Source of the DNA: Octopus sinensis
Lineage: Eukaryota
DNA length: 64,000 bases
Direction: 5' to 3'
NCBI RefSeq assembly: GCF_006345805.1
Contig: NC_043006.1
Location: forward strand, 22,258,001-22,322,000
Positions 24,721-35,689 of the stretch are shown one piece after another; the first letter of the stretch is position 1; every line of letters begins with the position of its first letter. A program made the position numbers and the translations under genes. The notes beneath the pieces were generated by a model, which was not told where the DNA came from, did not search any database, and was given only the letters and a program-made list of their open reading frames with translations.

Positions 24721-25244
24721 GCGAGACCCAGTTCCTGTCATGCTCTCCCACCTGTACCAGCATGGAAAAAGGGTTGCATTTATCACCTCGAAACTGTTTC
24801 TGTCAAGTTAGTTTCACTCACTAGGCTTTGGTTGGATTGAGGGTCTATGACAAAAGATCACGGCTCAATATGGTGCTGCCTGGTGGGATTGAACCTGAAA
24901 CAATGTCATTACAATGTAAATTACTTAACTACACGGCCATGCCTACCTCCAGTTCAATATTCCATGTTTTTAATGTCTATGAAGATTCTCAGTGAGCAGA
25001 ATGGTCAGTGGCTTGTATACTCTTTACTCGTTATTGTTTAGCCCTTGGAAAGTCCTGGTTTACAGCATATTTGTGATCAAAAGGGTTTCAGCTATAACCA
25101 ACCCATCATTTATTAAGATGCAATATATCTCAGATTATGTCATGTATTGTGTGCTTATTTTTTCTTTTTTTGTGAGACTGCAGGGTTATCATCATCTTCA
25201 TCTTCATTGTTTAATATCTGTTTTCTATAAGGCAGCAAGCTGGC

Positions 25245-25395
25245 AGGCTGTGGTAAGTAGCTTGCTTACCAACCACATGATTCCAGGTTCAGTCCCTCTG
25301 TGTGGCACCTTGGGCAAGTGTCTTTTACTATAGCCGTGGGTCGACCAAAGCCTTGTGAGTGGATTTGGTAGATGGAAACTGGAAGAAGTCTGTTG
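25245..25395 (+). mobile_element. SINE-B 5' half abutting the LINE tail
   Basis: ggctgtggtaagtagcttgcttaccaacc...gaagaagtc(tg/ta)n. Confidence 0.8.
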
Positions 25396-25509
25396 TGTAT
25401 ATATATATATATATATATATTGATTGATTGATTGATTGATTCTAGTTTCAGCTTATGAGCTGTGGCCATGCTGGGGCACCGCCATTTGGTGTTGCTACTT
25501 GGTTTCACT

Positions 25510-27264
25510 TCATGGAGGCTTTCTAGCAACTGCTATTTGGTGCATGAGAGAGTTCGATGCAGCTGCCCTCATCTGCCCCTCCTGCCGTGAAGTTGGTTCA
25601 TCTGGGACACCTGACAGGAAGAGGTCCAGCTTCATTTTAAAGACATCTGTATCCACCCCATGCAGGTCTCTCAGGTTCTTTGGGAGGATATTGAAGAGCT
25701 GTGGGCCTCGGAAGCCCAGGCTATCACAGAATCTTGTCCTACATCTTGATGGCAGGTTTGGAGTCCTAGGCACCACGCAGTGGCGCCCAGTTCTGGCATT
25801 TGCGTAACTCTCGATGCCAAAGTTCAGGACACTTCCCTCCAGGATCTTCCAGATGTATATTATGGCATATCTTTCCCGCCTACGCTCCAGGGAATATAAT
25901 TTTAATCTCTTGAGTCTTTCCCAGTAGCTTACATTCTGCATAGAGGCTATCTTCTTTGTGTAGCTTCGTTGGGTCGCCTCAAGTTCTGTGATCAACTTGA
26001 CACTGGATGGTGACCATAGCTGAGAGCAATAGTCAAAGTGGCTTAGGACAAGTGTCTTCCAGAGGACCATCATGGTTTCTTGTTCTCTTGTTCTAAAGGT
26101 TCTAAGAATCCATCCAGCCAGCCGTCTACATTTCATTGTCAGTTTAGCAACATGTACATGAAAGGTCGCGTCATCACTCATGTGAATACCCAGGTCACGC
26201 ACTGATTGTGCCTCTGGGATTGCAATCCCTCCGGGTCCAGTGTATTCATTGGGTATTGCATTCAGTTTTGCATGCTGATAGTATAAAGCTTGAAACTTTC
26301 CAGCATTGAACTGCATGCTATTCTTTTCAGCCCACTTGTATATTTCGTCCAGCTCACATTGCAGGTGTTTAGTGTCCTCAGGGTTCTGTATTGCCTGTGA
26401 AACTTTTGTATCATCTGCATAACTTGTGATCGTGGCTCTCTGCGTGGCTGAGGGCATGTCTGAGAGGGCCATTATGAACAGTAGTGGTCCCAGAACAGTG
26501 CCCTGCGGAACACCGCTCACTATTTGTGTGTTAATGGAGGTGGCCCCATTGGCTACTACCACCTGACTTCTATCCTTCAGAAAGTCATGAAGCCATTCTC
26601 CCAGTTTTCCAACTATGTTGAGATCACGCAGTTTGTGACATATCATTCCATGATCGACTTTATCAAAGGCCTTTGCAAAGTCGAGATATATCACTTCCAC
26701 ATTTGAGTGGTTGAGCAGCCGTTTCAGCACCCAGTCATAGTGTTGTAGGAGCTGAGTTAAACAGCTTCTCCCTGGTCGGAAACCATGTTGGGTGTCGGGC
26801 AGCAAGTCATTCTCTTCAAGGAAGGTGATCAGCTTCCTTCTGACTATTCGTTCCATGACCTTGCTGATGTGTGAGGTCAGAGAGATAGGTCTATAGTTCT
26901 TGGCTTCCGCTCTGCTACCTCCTTTATGAATGGGGCATATTTTACCTTCCTTCAGTTTTCCTGGAAGTTTGCCAGCTGCAAGGAAGCTCTGAAAGAGGAA
27001 CTGCAGTGGTCTTGCTAGGACTCTCTTACATGCTTTTAGGAGGATTGCCGGGAATCCATCGGGGCCAGTAGCTGAGTCTGTTTTCATTTCATCTATAGCC
27101 TTGGTTACATCGTCTTCCTTTATATCGATGTAATCTATCGTCGCCGCCTCTGATTTTATATCTGCAGTGGTAAAAAAGTCAGTTGGATTGGTGATTTGGA
27201 GATGCCCAAGGGGTGGAGTGAAAACACTCTTGAATTGCTCATTCAGTATTTCACTTACCCTCAT
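25510..27264 (-). CDS. LINE ORF2 reverse transcriptase segment (584 aa open)
   Basis: NYRPISLTS, QHGFRPGRSC, YLDFAKAFDKVDH, GVPQGTVLGPLLF, YADDTK, RDLG. Confidence 0.95.
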   Translation of the reverse strand: MRVSEILNEQFKSVFTPPLGHLQITNPTDFFTTADIKSEAATIDYIDIKEDDVTKAIDEMKTDSATGPDGFPAILLKACKRVLARPLQFLFQSFLAAGKLPGKLKEGKICPIHKGGSRAEAKNYRPISLTSHISKVMERIVRRKLITFLEENDLLPDTQHGFRPGRSCLTQLLQHYDWVLKRLLNHSNVEVIYLDFAKAFDKVDHGMICHKLRDLNIVGKLGEWLHDFLKDRSQVVVANGATSINTQIVSGVPQGTVLGPLLFIMALSDMPSATQRATITSYADDTKVSQAIQNPEDTKHLQCELDEIYKWAEKNSMQFNAGKFQALYYQHAKLNAIPNEYTGPGGIAIPEAQSVRDLGIHMSDDATFHVHVAKLTMKCRRLAGWILRTFRTREQETMMVLWKTLVLSHFDYCSQLWSPSSVKLITELEATQRSYTKKIASMQNVSYWERLKRLKLYSLERRRERYAIIYIWKILEGSVLNFGIESYANARTGRHCVVPRTPNLPSRCRTRFCDSLGFRGPQLFNILPKNLRDLHGVDTDVFKMKLDLFLSGVPDEPTSRQEGQMRAAASNSLMHQIAVARKPP

Positions 27265-27662
27265 TGGTTTTCCTGTAAGTGTGCCATCCTTTTCGAGGAG
27301 TGGCCTATTCTACAGTGCACTGTAGCTGTTTCTTTGGCATACCTGTAGAAAGCTCTGGGGTTAGATTTTATGTTTTCTATAGCCCAGGCTTCTTTGTCTG
27401 CTCTTTCTTTTTCATGGGAGAGTTGCAGACATTTTTCGATTTCCAACAGTTTTATTTTTAGGCGGGACTTTTCACTGCTTTCAATCTGTTGTTTAGGCGA
27501 TTTGAAAATTTCGTACGCCGTCTCATTAAAATTTTCCTCTCTCTGGGGATTTTGTTCTTGTGTACAGTGGCCTTTCTCTCTGGGACACATTTGTAGCATA
27601 TGGCTTGCATTACAGACATGAATTGTTGAAGTTTCACGTCGATGTCTGGCGAGGAGAGACAT
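27261..27662 (-). pseudogene. LINE ORF2 linker between the EN and RT domains, frameshifted at both ends
   Basis: KSNPRAFYRYAK motif typical of the CR1/L2 ORF2 linker; overlaps both neighbouring ORFs in other frames. Confidence 0.8.
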
Positions 27663-28503
27663 TTAGGCCAGTTTGTTTGAGGATCTCTTTCTCAATTTGT
27701 TTCCAGTTTGCCTTATGGTAGTTCAAGCTGGAAAGATTTTGAGGGTTTCTTGTAGGCTGCATGTCCATGCTCTCTTTTGGCCCGTACATGGTCAGCTCTA
27801 TCATGTTGTGATCCGAGAGTAGTGTCGGTGTCACTTTCACATTATGGATGAGATCCATGTCATTTGTGAAGCAGAGATCCAGTGTGTTACCTGCCCTGGT
27901 TGGTTGGAGTATTACCTGCTCCATGTACAGGGTGTTGATGAGGTTCAGGAGGGACCTCGCCTGTCCTCGTTCACATCTTGTCATTCCTGGGAGAGAAAGG
28001 CCCTCGGGCCATCTGACATTGGGCAGATTGAAGTCTCCCATAAGAAGCACACCTATGTGTTGCTCTAATGTGGTTAGAATTTCTTCTATTTTTATAAGGC
28101 AGTCTTCAAACTTGCCCACATGGCTTGGGGCATCTGGAGGGCGATATGTAGCACACACAACTACATCAAGTTGCCTAATATGTACAATTAGTGTGTCACA
28201 CACCGAGTTTGAGTATGACAAGAGGACCTGGGGTGTGAGGTCCTCACGGATGTACATAGCAACACCTCCATGACTCCTTTCTTTCCTGTCGGTCCGTAGT
28301 ACAGCATACTGTGGTATGTGTAACTCCGCATCTGCTATGTCCGGTTTCAGGTGCGTTTCTGTAAGTGCTATGCATAAGGCTTGATTGCATGCAACAAAGT
28401 CTCTCAGGAACGGGATCTTTGTCCTGTTACTGAGTGTTTGCAGTCCTCTGATGTTCAGTAGGAGTATCGAGGTGAGGTGTACGTTGTTGCCGGCGGTGTC
28501 CAT
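27634..28503 (-). CDS. LINE ORF2 APE endonuclease segment (probable start MDTAG at 28503)
   Basis: LLNIRGL, ALTETHL, DRKERSHGGVA, MGDFNLP, NTLDLCFTN, SDHNMI. Confidence 0.93.
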   Translation of the reverse strand: MDTAGNNVHLTSILLLNIRGLQTLSNRTKIPFLRDFVACNQALCIALTETHLKPDIADAELHIPQYAVLRTDRKERSHGGVAMYIREDLTPQVLLSYSNSVCDTLIVHIRQLDVVVCATYRPPDAPSHVGKFEDCLIKIEEILTTLEQHIGVLLMGDFNLPNVRWPEGLSLPGMTRCERGQARSLLNLINTLYMEQVILQPTRAGNTLDLCFTNDMDLIHNVKVTPTLLSDHNMIELTMYGPKESMDMQPTRNPQNLSSLNYHKANWKQIEKEILKQTGLNVSPRQTST

Positions 28504-28972
28504 CCTGTGTCTGTTTGCTGTGGTGGTCTGGTATATAGTGGGTAGTCCCACCTGCGGGCTTGGGTTTGATGAAGCCAGGTCAGCTGCTGTACAATCTTTT
28601 GTGCCATGCACAAAAAAGATTGTTGCTCAGCAGCTGCTCTTTCGACATCATGTTGGCTGTTTGTGGCGCGCACAACATCTGCGTACCTCCGTTTTGGGGC
28701 AGGTGGTGCGTGGTCCATCCCTTTTCTTTGTGTTGATGGTTTGTCCATCTGCCTCGTGTCTCTGTGGCAGGGTCCCCGATGTGCAAAGCGGCAGCCTGCA
28801 CCTTCCTTTCCATGCCAGCAGTAACCTCTCAGGTAGAACATACACACCCGTGTGCGCTGTTTGGTTCCATCCTTTGCGGTTCCACTTCTATTTCTGGTTG
28901 TTTCACACTTTGGTCCTGCTTGAGCTTTTTCTTTTCCTTTAGCTCTTCCAGTCCTTCTTTTAGTTCTTCTAT
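28455..28972 (-). CDS. LINE ORF1 C-terminal part with CCCH zinc finger
   Basis: Frame is open from the (TA) junction to 28455; CMFYLRGYCWHGKEGAGCRFAH = C-x7-C-x8-C-x3-H; overlaps the ORF2 start. Confidence 0.75.
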
Positions 28973-28977
28973 ATATA

Positions 28978-29243
28978 CAAAGTGAGATAGGGGTTGTGAG
29001 TGTAACCCTCTATGGGATAACATATATCCAATATACTGCCAGCAAAGCACCCAGAAATGCTAATACATAAATGCTAAGAATTGCAATGCAATTAATTCAT
29101 TTATTGTATTATATGGGTGAGGGTAAAATGTTTTACCTCAAATTCAAAATACAAAATAAGAAAATGGAGGAATAGATTTTAATCAATCATCAACATTATT
29201 GATTGATTAAAATATATTCCTCCATTTTCTTATTTTATATATA

Positions 29244-29274
<31 letters not shown>

Positions 29275-29526
29275 CAAAGTGAGATAGGGGTGTGAGTGTA
29301 ACCCTCTATGGGATAACATATATCCAATATACTGCCAGCAAAGCACCCAGAAATGCTAATACATAAATGCTAAGAATTGCAATGCAATTAATTCATTTAT
29401 TGTATTATATGGGTGAGGGTAAAATGTTTTACCTCAAATTCAATATACAAAATAAGAAAATGGAGGAATAGATTTTAATCAATCATCAACATTATTGATT
29501 GATTAAAATATATTCCTCCATTTTCT

Positions 29527-29532
<6 letters not shown>
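28978..29532. repeat. Tandem dimer of a ~259 bp hairpin-ending element separated by (TA)n
   Basis: Units at 28978-29236 and 29275-29532 are nearly identical; each ends in a 37-bp stem. Confidence 0.92.
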
Positions 29533-29583
<51 letters not shown>

Positions 29584-29691
29584 TGCACAATAAGAATAGG
29601 ATGGAAAAAATTCAGAGAGCTTTTACCTCTGATGGTAATCTATTCATATGTTGTGTATATATATATTTGTATTTATGTACTACCTGCGTAT

Positions 29692-29750
29692 ATTCCACCG
29701 ATGAAGGAAAAGCATTTCTTATGCAGAGCCAGAAATCTGGGATCTGGAAT
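29692..29750 (+). ncRNA. Degenerate type-I hammerhead ribozyme motif
   Basis: Stem I attcca/tggaat; core CCGAUGA (U4>C) ... GAAA; stem II GG/CC + GCAU/AUGC; stem III AUC/GAU; AUC cleavage triplet. Confidence 0.6.
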
Positions 29751-30134
29751 TATCCAGTAATTTTTTTTGATAGTTTATTTTGTCTCTTTGTCTTCTCTCC
29801 TGGTGCTGTATGAACATTTAATGTAGTTTCAGAGTCAAGTTTTGGCTGCTATTTCTAGCGTGGTAATATCTCTTAAATACCCTTAGTTATAATTTTAATA
29901 ATTAATTATTACCTTTGAGGTTTTTATTCCCATGCTAGCCACCTGATAAGATCGGTATTTTAAATAACGATCTTATCCTTATTTATATATATATGTTTGT
30001 ATGTATATGTTTGTGTGTCTGTATTTGTGTGTATGTATATATGTGTATATGTATGAGTGTAAGAATGAATATGTATGTATAAGTGTAAGTATCTGAGTGT
30101 ATATGTATATGTAAATATATATATTTACATGTGT

Positions 30135-30462
30135 GTGAGTGGATTTGGTAGACGGAGACTGAAAGAAGCCTGTCATACATATATATGTATATATATGTAT
30201 ATACATATATATATATATATGTATGTATGTATGTATTTGTGTCTGTGTTTATCCCTCCGCCATCGCTTGACAACCAACATTAGTGTGTTTACATCTCCGT
30301 AACTTAGCAGTTCAGCAAAAGAGACTGATAGAATATGTACTAGTCTTACAAAGAAAAAGTCGCAGGGTCGATTTGTTCGACTAAAGGCAGTGCTCCAGCA
30401 TGGCTGAAACAAATAAAAGAATAAAAGAATAAAAGAATAAAAGAATAGAAGAATAAAAGAAT
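30135..30462 (+). mobile_element. 5'-truncated SINE-B with (AAAGAATA)n tail
   Basis: Family consensus. Confidence 0.8.
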
Positions 30463-30479
30463 GCCAAGCAAAATGCATA

Positions 30480-30830
30480 GCAGCCTTTCATACATCTTTA
30501 TGGTCAAAGTTCAAATTCCACAGAGGTCAACTTTATTTTTCATCTTTTCGGGGTCGATAAAATGAGACAAGTTGAACACTGGGGGGGGGGGGATCTTTTT
30601 GACTTAGCCCCTCCCCCTAAAGTCCTGCCTTGTGCCAAAATTTGAAACTAATGCCTGATTTCCATGCTGGCATGGATTGCACAGATTGACAAGATCAGGT
30701 ACTTATTTTATCGACCCCGAAAGGATGAAAGGCAAAGTCGACCTCGGCGGAATTTGAACTCAGAACGTATCGGTAGACGAAATACCACAAAGCATTTCGT
30801 CCGGTATGCTAACGTTTCTGCCAGCTCATA
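30480..30830. mobile_element. SINE-A-related fragments (30480-30650 plus strand; 30697-30830 minus strand)
   Basis: catcttttcggggtcgataaaatg core and a gagctggcagaaacgttagc head. Confidence 0.75.
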
Positions 30831-31524
30831 CACAAATACCATACAAACTTCCTTGACAAGCTGGAGGGCTGCATTGAACTACTTTGGCATGGTTTCTGTG
30901 GCTGGATGCCCTTTCTAATGCCAATCACTTCACAGAGTGTTTTAGGTGCTTTTTTATGGCATTGACACTAGTGTGGTCACTACCATTAACATTACCATTA
31001 TATTTTACTTGCTTCACTCATTTGACTGTGGTCATGCTGGGGCAATTTACAAGATGAGACCCCTCAACCAAGTGGATATGTAGTATTGAGGGATGTGGCT
31101 TAATGCCAGGTGTTGAGAGGTTAACGTATGATATAACGTGACTTAAAAAGAAAAGATTTAACTGCTATTTCTTGCAGGCCTAACGACCTTATAAAGGTGC
31201 CCTTATTGGCTTGATGTTATTTAATGATTTTGTGCTTTATCCAAAATTAAAACATTTAAGTTTCAACTACGTAGGCTACTAAGGCCTCTAAGCTGTAAAT
31301 TGATCTTGATGATAAACTTCAATAAAGTATCAAACACTAATAAATTTTAATGAAAGTGCAATCCATGAATAATTTACTCAATATTCAATTAGTTTGGAGC
31401 CATTATCTATGGAGATTTTGCAGCCATGAGGAGGATCAGTGGTTTATATGTTGCCAGTGCTAAAACATTGTACTCAAGGCATAAAGCAGTCCCATTAAAA
31501 TTTGAGTGATACAGCTTGTTTATT

Positions 31525-31928
31525 TGCTCTTTTACTCTTTTACTTGTTTCAGTCATTTGACAGTGGCCATGCTGGAGCACCGCCTTTAATCGAGCAACTC
31601 GACCTCAGGACTTACTCTTTTGTAAGTCCAGTACTTATTCTATCGGTCTCTTTTGCTGAACCGCTAAGTAACAGGGACATAAACACACCAGCATCAGTTG
31701 TCAAGCAATGCTAGGGGGACAAACACAGACACACACAAACACACATATATATATATACATATATACGATGGGCTTCTTTCAGTTTCCGTCTGCCAAATCC
31801 ACTCACAAGGCTTTGGTCAGCCCGAGGCTATAGTGGAAGATACTTGCCCAAGGTGCCACGCAGTGGGACTGAACCCAGAACCATGTGGTTGGTAAACAAG
31901 CTACTTACCTCACAGCCACTCCTGCACC
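31525..31928 (-). mobile_element. SINE-B full copy
   Basis: Family consensus. Confidence 0.88.
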
Positions 31929-32968
31929 TATATTTATTCATTTATCTATCTATTTTTTAAGTGAAGAGGGGAAAGTAAGACATTTGACCCTTTGCAGGGC
32001 CTCCAAAGTTGATGGGAGAGTGGGAGCACTAGCGTAACTAGATGGGAGCAATAGGGACAGTCCAATCTGGGCAGCACTTTTAAAGGGGTGGCATTTTGGG
32101 TTTGCTGTAGGCAATATGTGTTCTTGTGGAGTCTGGGGCTGCAAACAGAAGGGCCACTCTAGGTGGCACGCACTCTAGAACGAAGAAGATACAGACCAAA
32201 TGCTATCAACAGAAGGGACTCTGCCAATGTGGACACATAAGATGGGTGACTATGTCTACTGCCCAAGTAAGCTGTGGTAGGATTTGAACTCAGAGAGCAA
32301 AGACTTGAAACAAATCCTGCAAAGCATTCTCAACAATGCTCTATCAACTCTATCAATGAGCTAGACAAATACATACATATACACTTACATACATAAACAC
32401 ACACAAATCCATACATACATACATACATACATACATACATACATACATACACATGGGTGTATGCATCGACAGTTCAACCAACTCACCATGGGAACTCTCT
32501 TAATTCAAAATGTTGGATCGCTTTGATAGAAACTGGCTTGAACTCTCTCAAGAAGAAATTAAATTTAACATGCATACATAACATCATTTTAACATCCACA
32601 CTTCCATGTGAGGCAAATTTTCTACAGCTGGATGCCTTTCCTGTTGCAAACCCTCATCTGTTTCTAAGTAAGGTAATGTTTTTCCAATAACCAGACATGT
32701 TTTTATGGAAGACTGGAAATGAAAGACACCACTTGTTTGATGGTGGTACTTGTTTACGATTACACAAGATGTCAACACACACACACACACATACACACCA
32801 ACTTGACCACATATTTACAAACACTGGGAACTCTCTTAATTCAAATCTCATCACTTTGTTAGTGACCAGTTTGAATACTTTTAAGAAGAAGTTAAATAAA
32901 ACTCAATGAAAAATCATACATACATATATGCATATATACTTTGCTATGCACATATATATGATGAACTT

Positions 32969-33258
32969 ATAATAATGAAATTATTGTATACAGTGCTCAG
33001 GTGCACCACAACTTGTCAGAAAGTGCATATAAAGTCTGGAAAGTGAACAATGTATGAGTCAGATACAAGCTTGTGTGTGTATGGAGGGGAGAAAATCAGG
33101 TGTAGTGTTGGCGAATCTCAGAAAGCATGGAAATTTTGAAGGATGCAGTGCTCCGGCAGTTTGTTCCATGCTTCAGAAACTCTCAGCATGGAAAAATGTT
33201 TCCTAAAGTCATGGGAGCTGTGCTGTTTTCTGACTTAGTAAATATGTCCACGGGTGTT
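32969..33258 (-). mobile_element. CR1/L2-type 3' end fragment
   Basis: Reverse complement of 35350-35683 with small deletions. Confidence 0.85.
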
Positions 33259-34189
33259 CCCATCTCCTAAATTCACACAGAAAGCTTTATTGGTCTGAGG
33301 CTGGAATAGAAGATAACTTAGTTAAGGTGCTACATGGTAGAACTGAACTTGAAACCAGGTGACTGAAAAAAATACTTCTTACCCACACAATCATGTTTGG
33401 TCCTATATGAATATTACAAAATGTTTCCTCTCTAAAGATGAGGTTAATAGTTCAAAAAATAATAATCTCATGAACAACAACTCATCTCAGACATTTAGAC
33501 ATTTTGCATACATTACATTTGAAAGAAGAAACCCAGATAAAGTGGTCCACCATTCTAGCTCAGTGGATAAAAACATTTTTATTGACAGGATACTTAAGTA
33601 TTAAATGGTTGACATTTTCTAAATGTTTCTCTAGAGAATGGCTTCTATAGAAAAGGTTTTAAATATCAGGAGAGTTTTTTTTATATGTATATATATATAT
33701 GTGTGTTGGGTTTATATGAATGCTACTAGCTTGTTCTTTCTGTTGTTGTTGTACTTGTTGTTGTGTAGCCTCTGGTCAGCTTGGACTGATCAATGCTACA
33801 AAATGCAGGTAATCGACAAAATTACTAAATGTAACCCATATATCTGGGGTCTTTTTTCTCCTAGTTGTACCATGTCTTCACATAACTGAGGGCAGTACTG
33901 TACTTAAGTATATGTTACTTTAAGATCATTGCAATTCACTTGACGCATTGTACTACAGGAGTAAAATAATAAATGAATTACGGAAAATTTTTCTAAAAAC
34001 TCTATATTTCTGGCACAAAGGCCTACCTTCAGAAAGATACGGTCAAAGAAATGTGTGTCTATGTAGATCTTCCCATTTTGGACAGCTTGATCAATTCTGT
34101 GAAGTGGGTGGAATTCTTCACGTACAGTGTTGACTTTCCTGCTAATGGACTGATTATATCCACAAGAAGGCATCTCAGTGGATGACATG

Positions 34190-34975
34190 CTGAACCTCTA
34201 CAGCTCATTATACCGGGACGTATTAATAACACTATAACACTATGTCTGGATGTATTAATAACACACACCAAGTATGGATTCAGGACATCTGTATATCGCA
34301 AGCTGACCTTCACCGGACCATAGCTCAACTTCAATTCCCACCATCCATACAGTGTAAAGAGAGGGATTGCTATGTGCCTAAAACAGCAAGCTAAGAATAT
34401 AAGTAGTGATCGTGATACACACTACGAACAAATGATCAAGCTCAATAACAATCTATTAAGCAACAGCTACCCCCAAAACATACTATCCACTCTAATTATG
34501 AAGAAAAGAGAGGATGAAACCAATAAACTGTCCATAATTTGTCTCTCCTATGTGAAAGGCCTATCCGAAAAGGTACAAAAGATATGCAGCCCATATGACA
34601 TCAGGACAATATTCAAGAGTAATACAACACTTCACAAATATCTCCTTTGAGTAAAACCACAAATAGAAGAAAATATGACCAAAGACTGTGTGTGCTCCCT
34701 CCCATGCAGCTGTGGTAGGTTATACAAAGGCAAAACATGTTGCCCCTTCATAAGGGTAGACAAACATCGCAAAGCTAGGACAGGAGGAGATATTGATAAA
34801 TTGGGTATAGCTGATCATATATGGATAAATGGAGACCACCTCCCCCTGTGGGATGAAGTTAAAATAATAGACAGAGAACACCACTGGAAAATGCGAAAAC
34901 TAAAAGAAGCAGCACTTATGCTGGGACACAACAACCTCCTAAGCAGATCGAGTGCAGATATGAATAGCATATATA
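34190..34975 (+). mobile_element. Penelope-like element fragment (RT thumb plus GIY-YIG endonuclease), decayed
   Basis: LDVLITHTKYGFRTSVYRKLTFTG, LNFNSHHPYSVKRGI, CLSYVKGLSEK, SLPCSCGRLYKGKT, GIADHIW, KIIDREHHWKMRKLKEA. Confidence 0.88.
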
Positions 34976-35017
34976 CAAATTTTGCTGCAACTCTTTTCAT
35001 TAATGATTCCTCACTCA

Positions 35018-35683
35018 AAACTCCACCTGTCTAGCACTCGCGGACATATTTACAAAGTCAGAAAACAGCACAACTCCCATGACTTTAGGAAACATTTTTT
35101 CACGCTGAGAGTTGCTGAAGCATGGAACAAACTGCCGGCATCAGTTGTTAGTTGTCGGAGCACTACATCCTTCAAAACTTCCATGCCTCCTGAGATTGTT
35201 AGCCAGTAAGGCATATTCTGAATGCCTTACTTCCCTGAGCATGGACACATTGAAACTCCGACATCTGGCAGCTGACTTGGCAGACACCCATAAAATTATT
35301 AACCATTTTACAAACAATAACTCTGAGCATCTTTTCAAACTCCACCCGTCTAACACCTGTGGACATATTTACAAAGTCAGAAAACAGCACAGCTCCCGTG
35401 ACTTTAGGAAACATTTTTTCACGCTGAGAGTTGCTGAAGCATGGAACAAACTGCCGGCATCGGTTGTTAGTTGTCGGAGCACTGCATCCTTCAAAGCTTC
35501 CATGCTTTCTGAGATTCGCCAACACTACACCTGATTTTCTCCCCTCCATACACACGTAAGCATGTATCTGACTCATACATTGTTCACTTTCCAGACATTT
35601 GTACATTACTGCATACACTTTATACGCACTTTCTGACAAGTTGTGGTGCACCTGAGCACTGTATACAATAATTTCATTATTAT
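35018..35683 (+). mobile_element. CR1/L2-type LINE 3' end with internal tandem duplication (period 319 bp)
   Basis: GHIYKVRKQH..DFRKHFFTLRVAEAWNKLP occurs twice; (ATT)n tail. Confidence 0.88.
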
Positions 35684-35689
35684 TTATAT

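Larger units (their letters stand above)
25421..28975 (-). mobile_element. CR1/L2-group (Jockey superfamily) non-LTR retrotransposon, 5'-truncated in ORF1
   Basis: APE endonuclease and RT motifs, short 3' UTR, (ATCA)n tail at 25421-25442. Confidence 0.95.
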
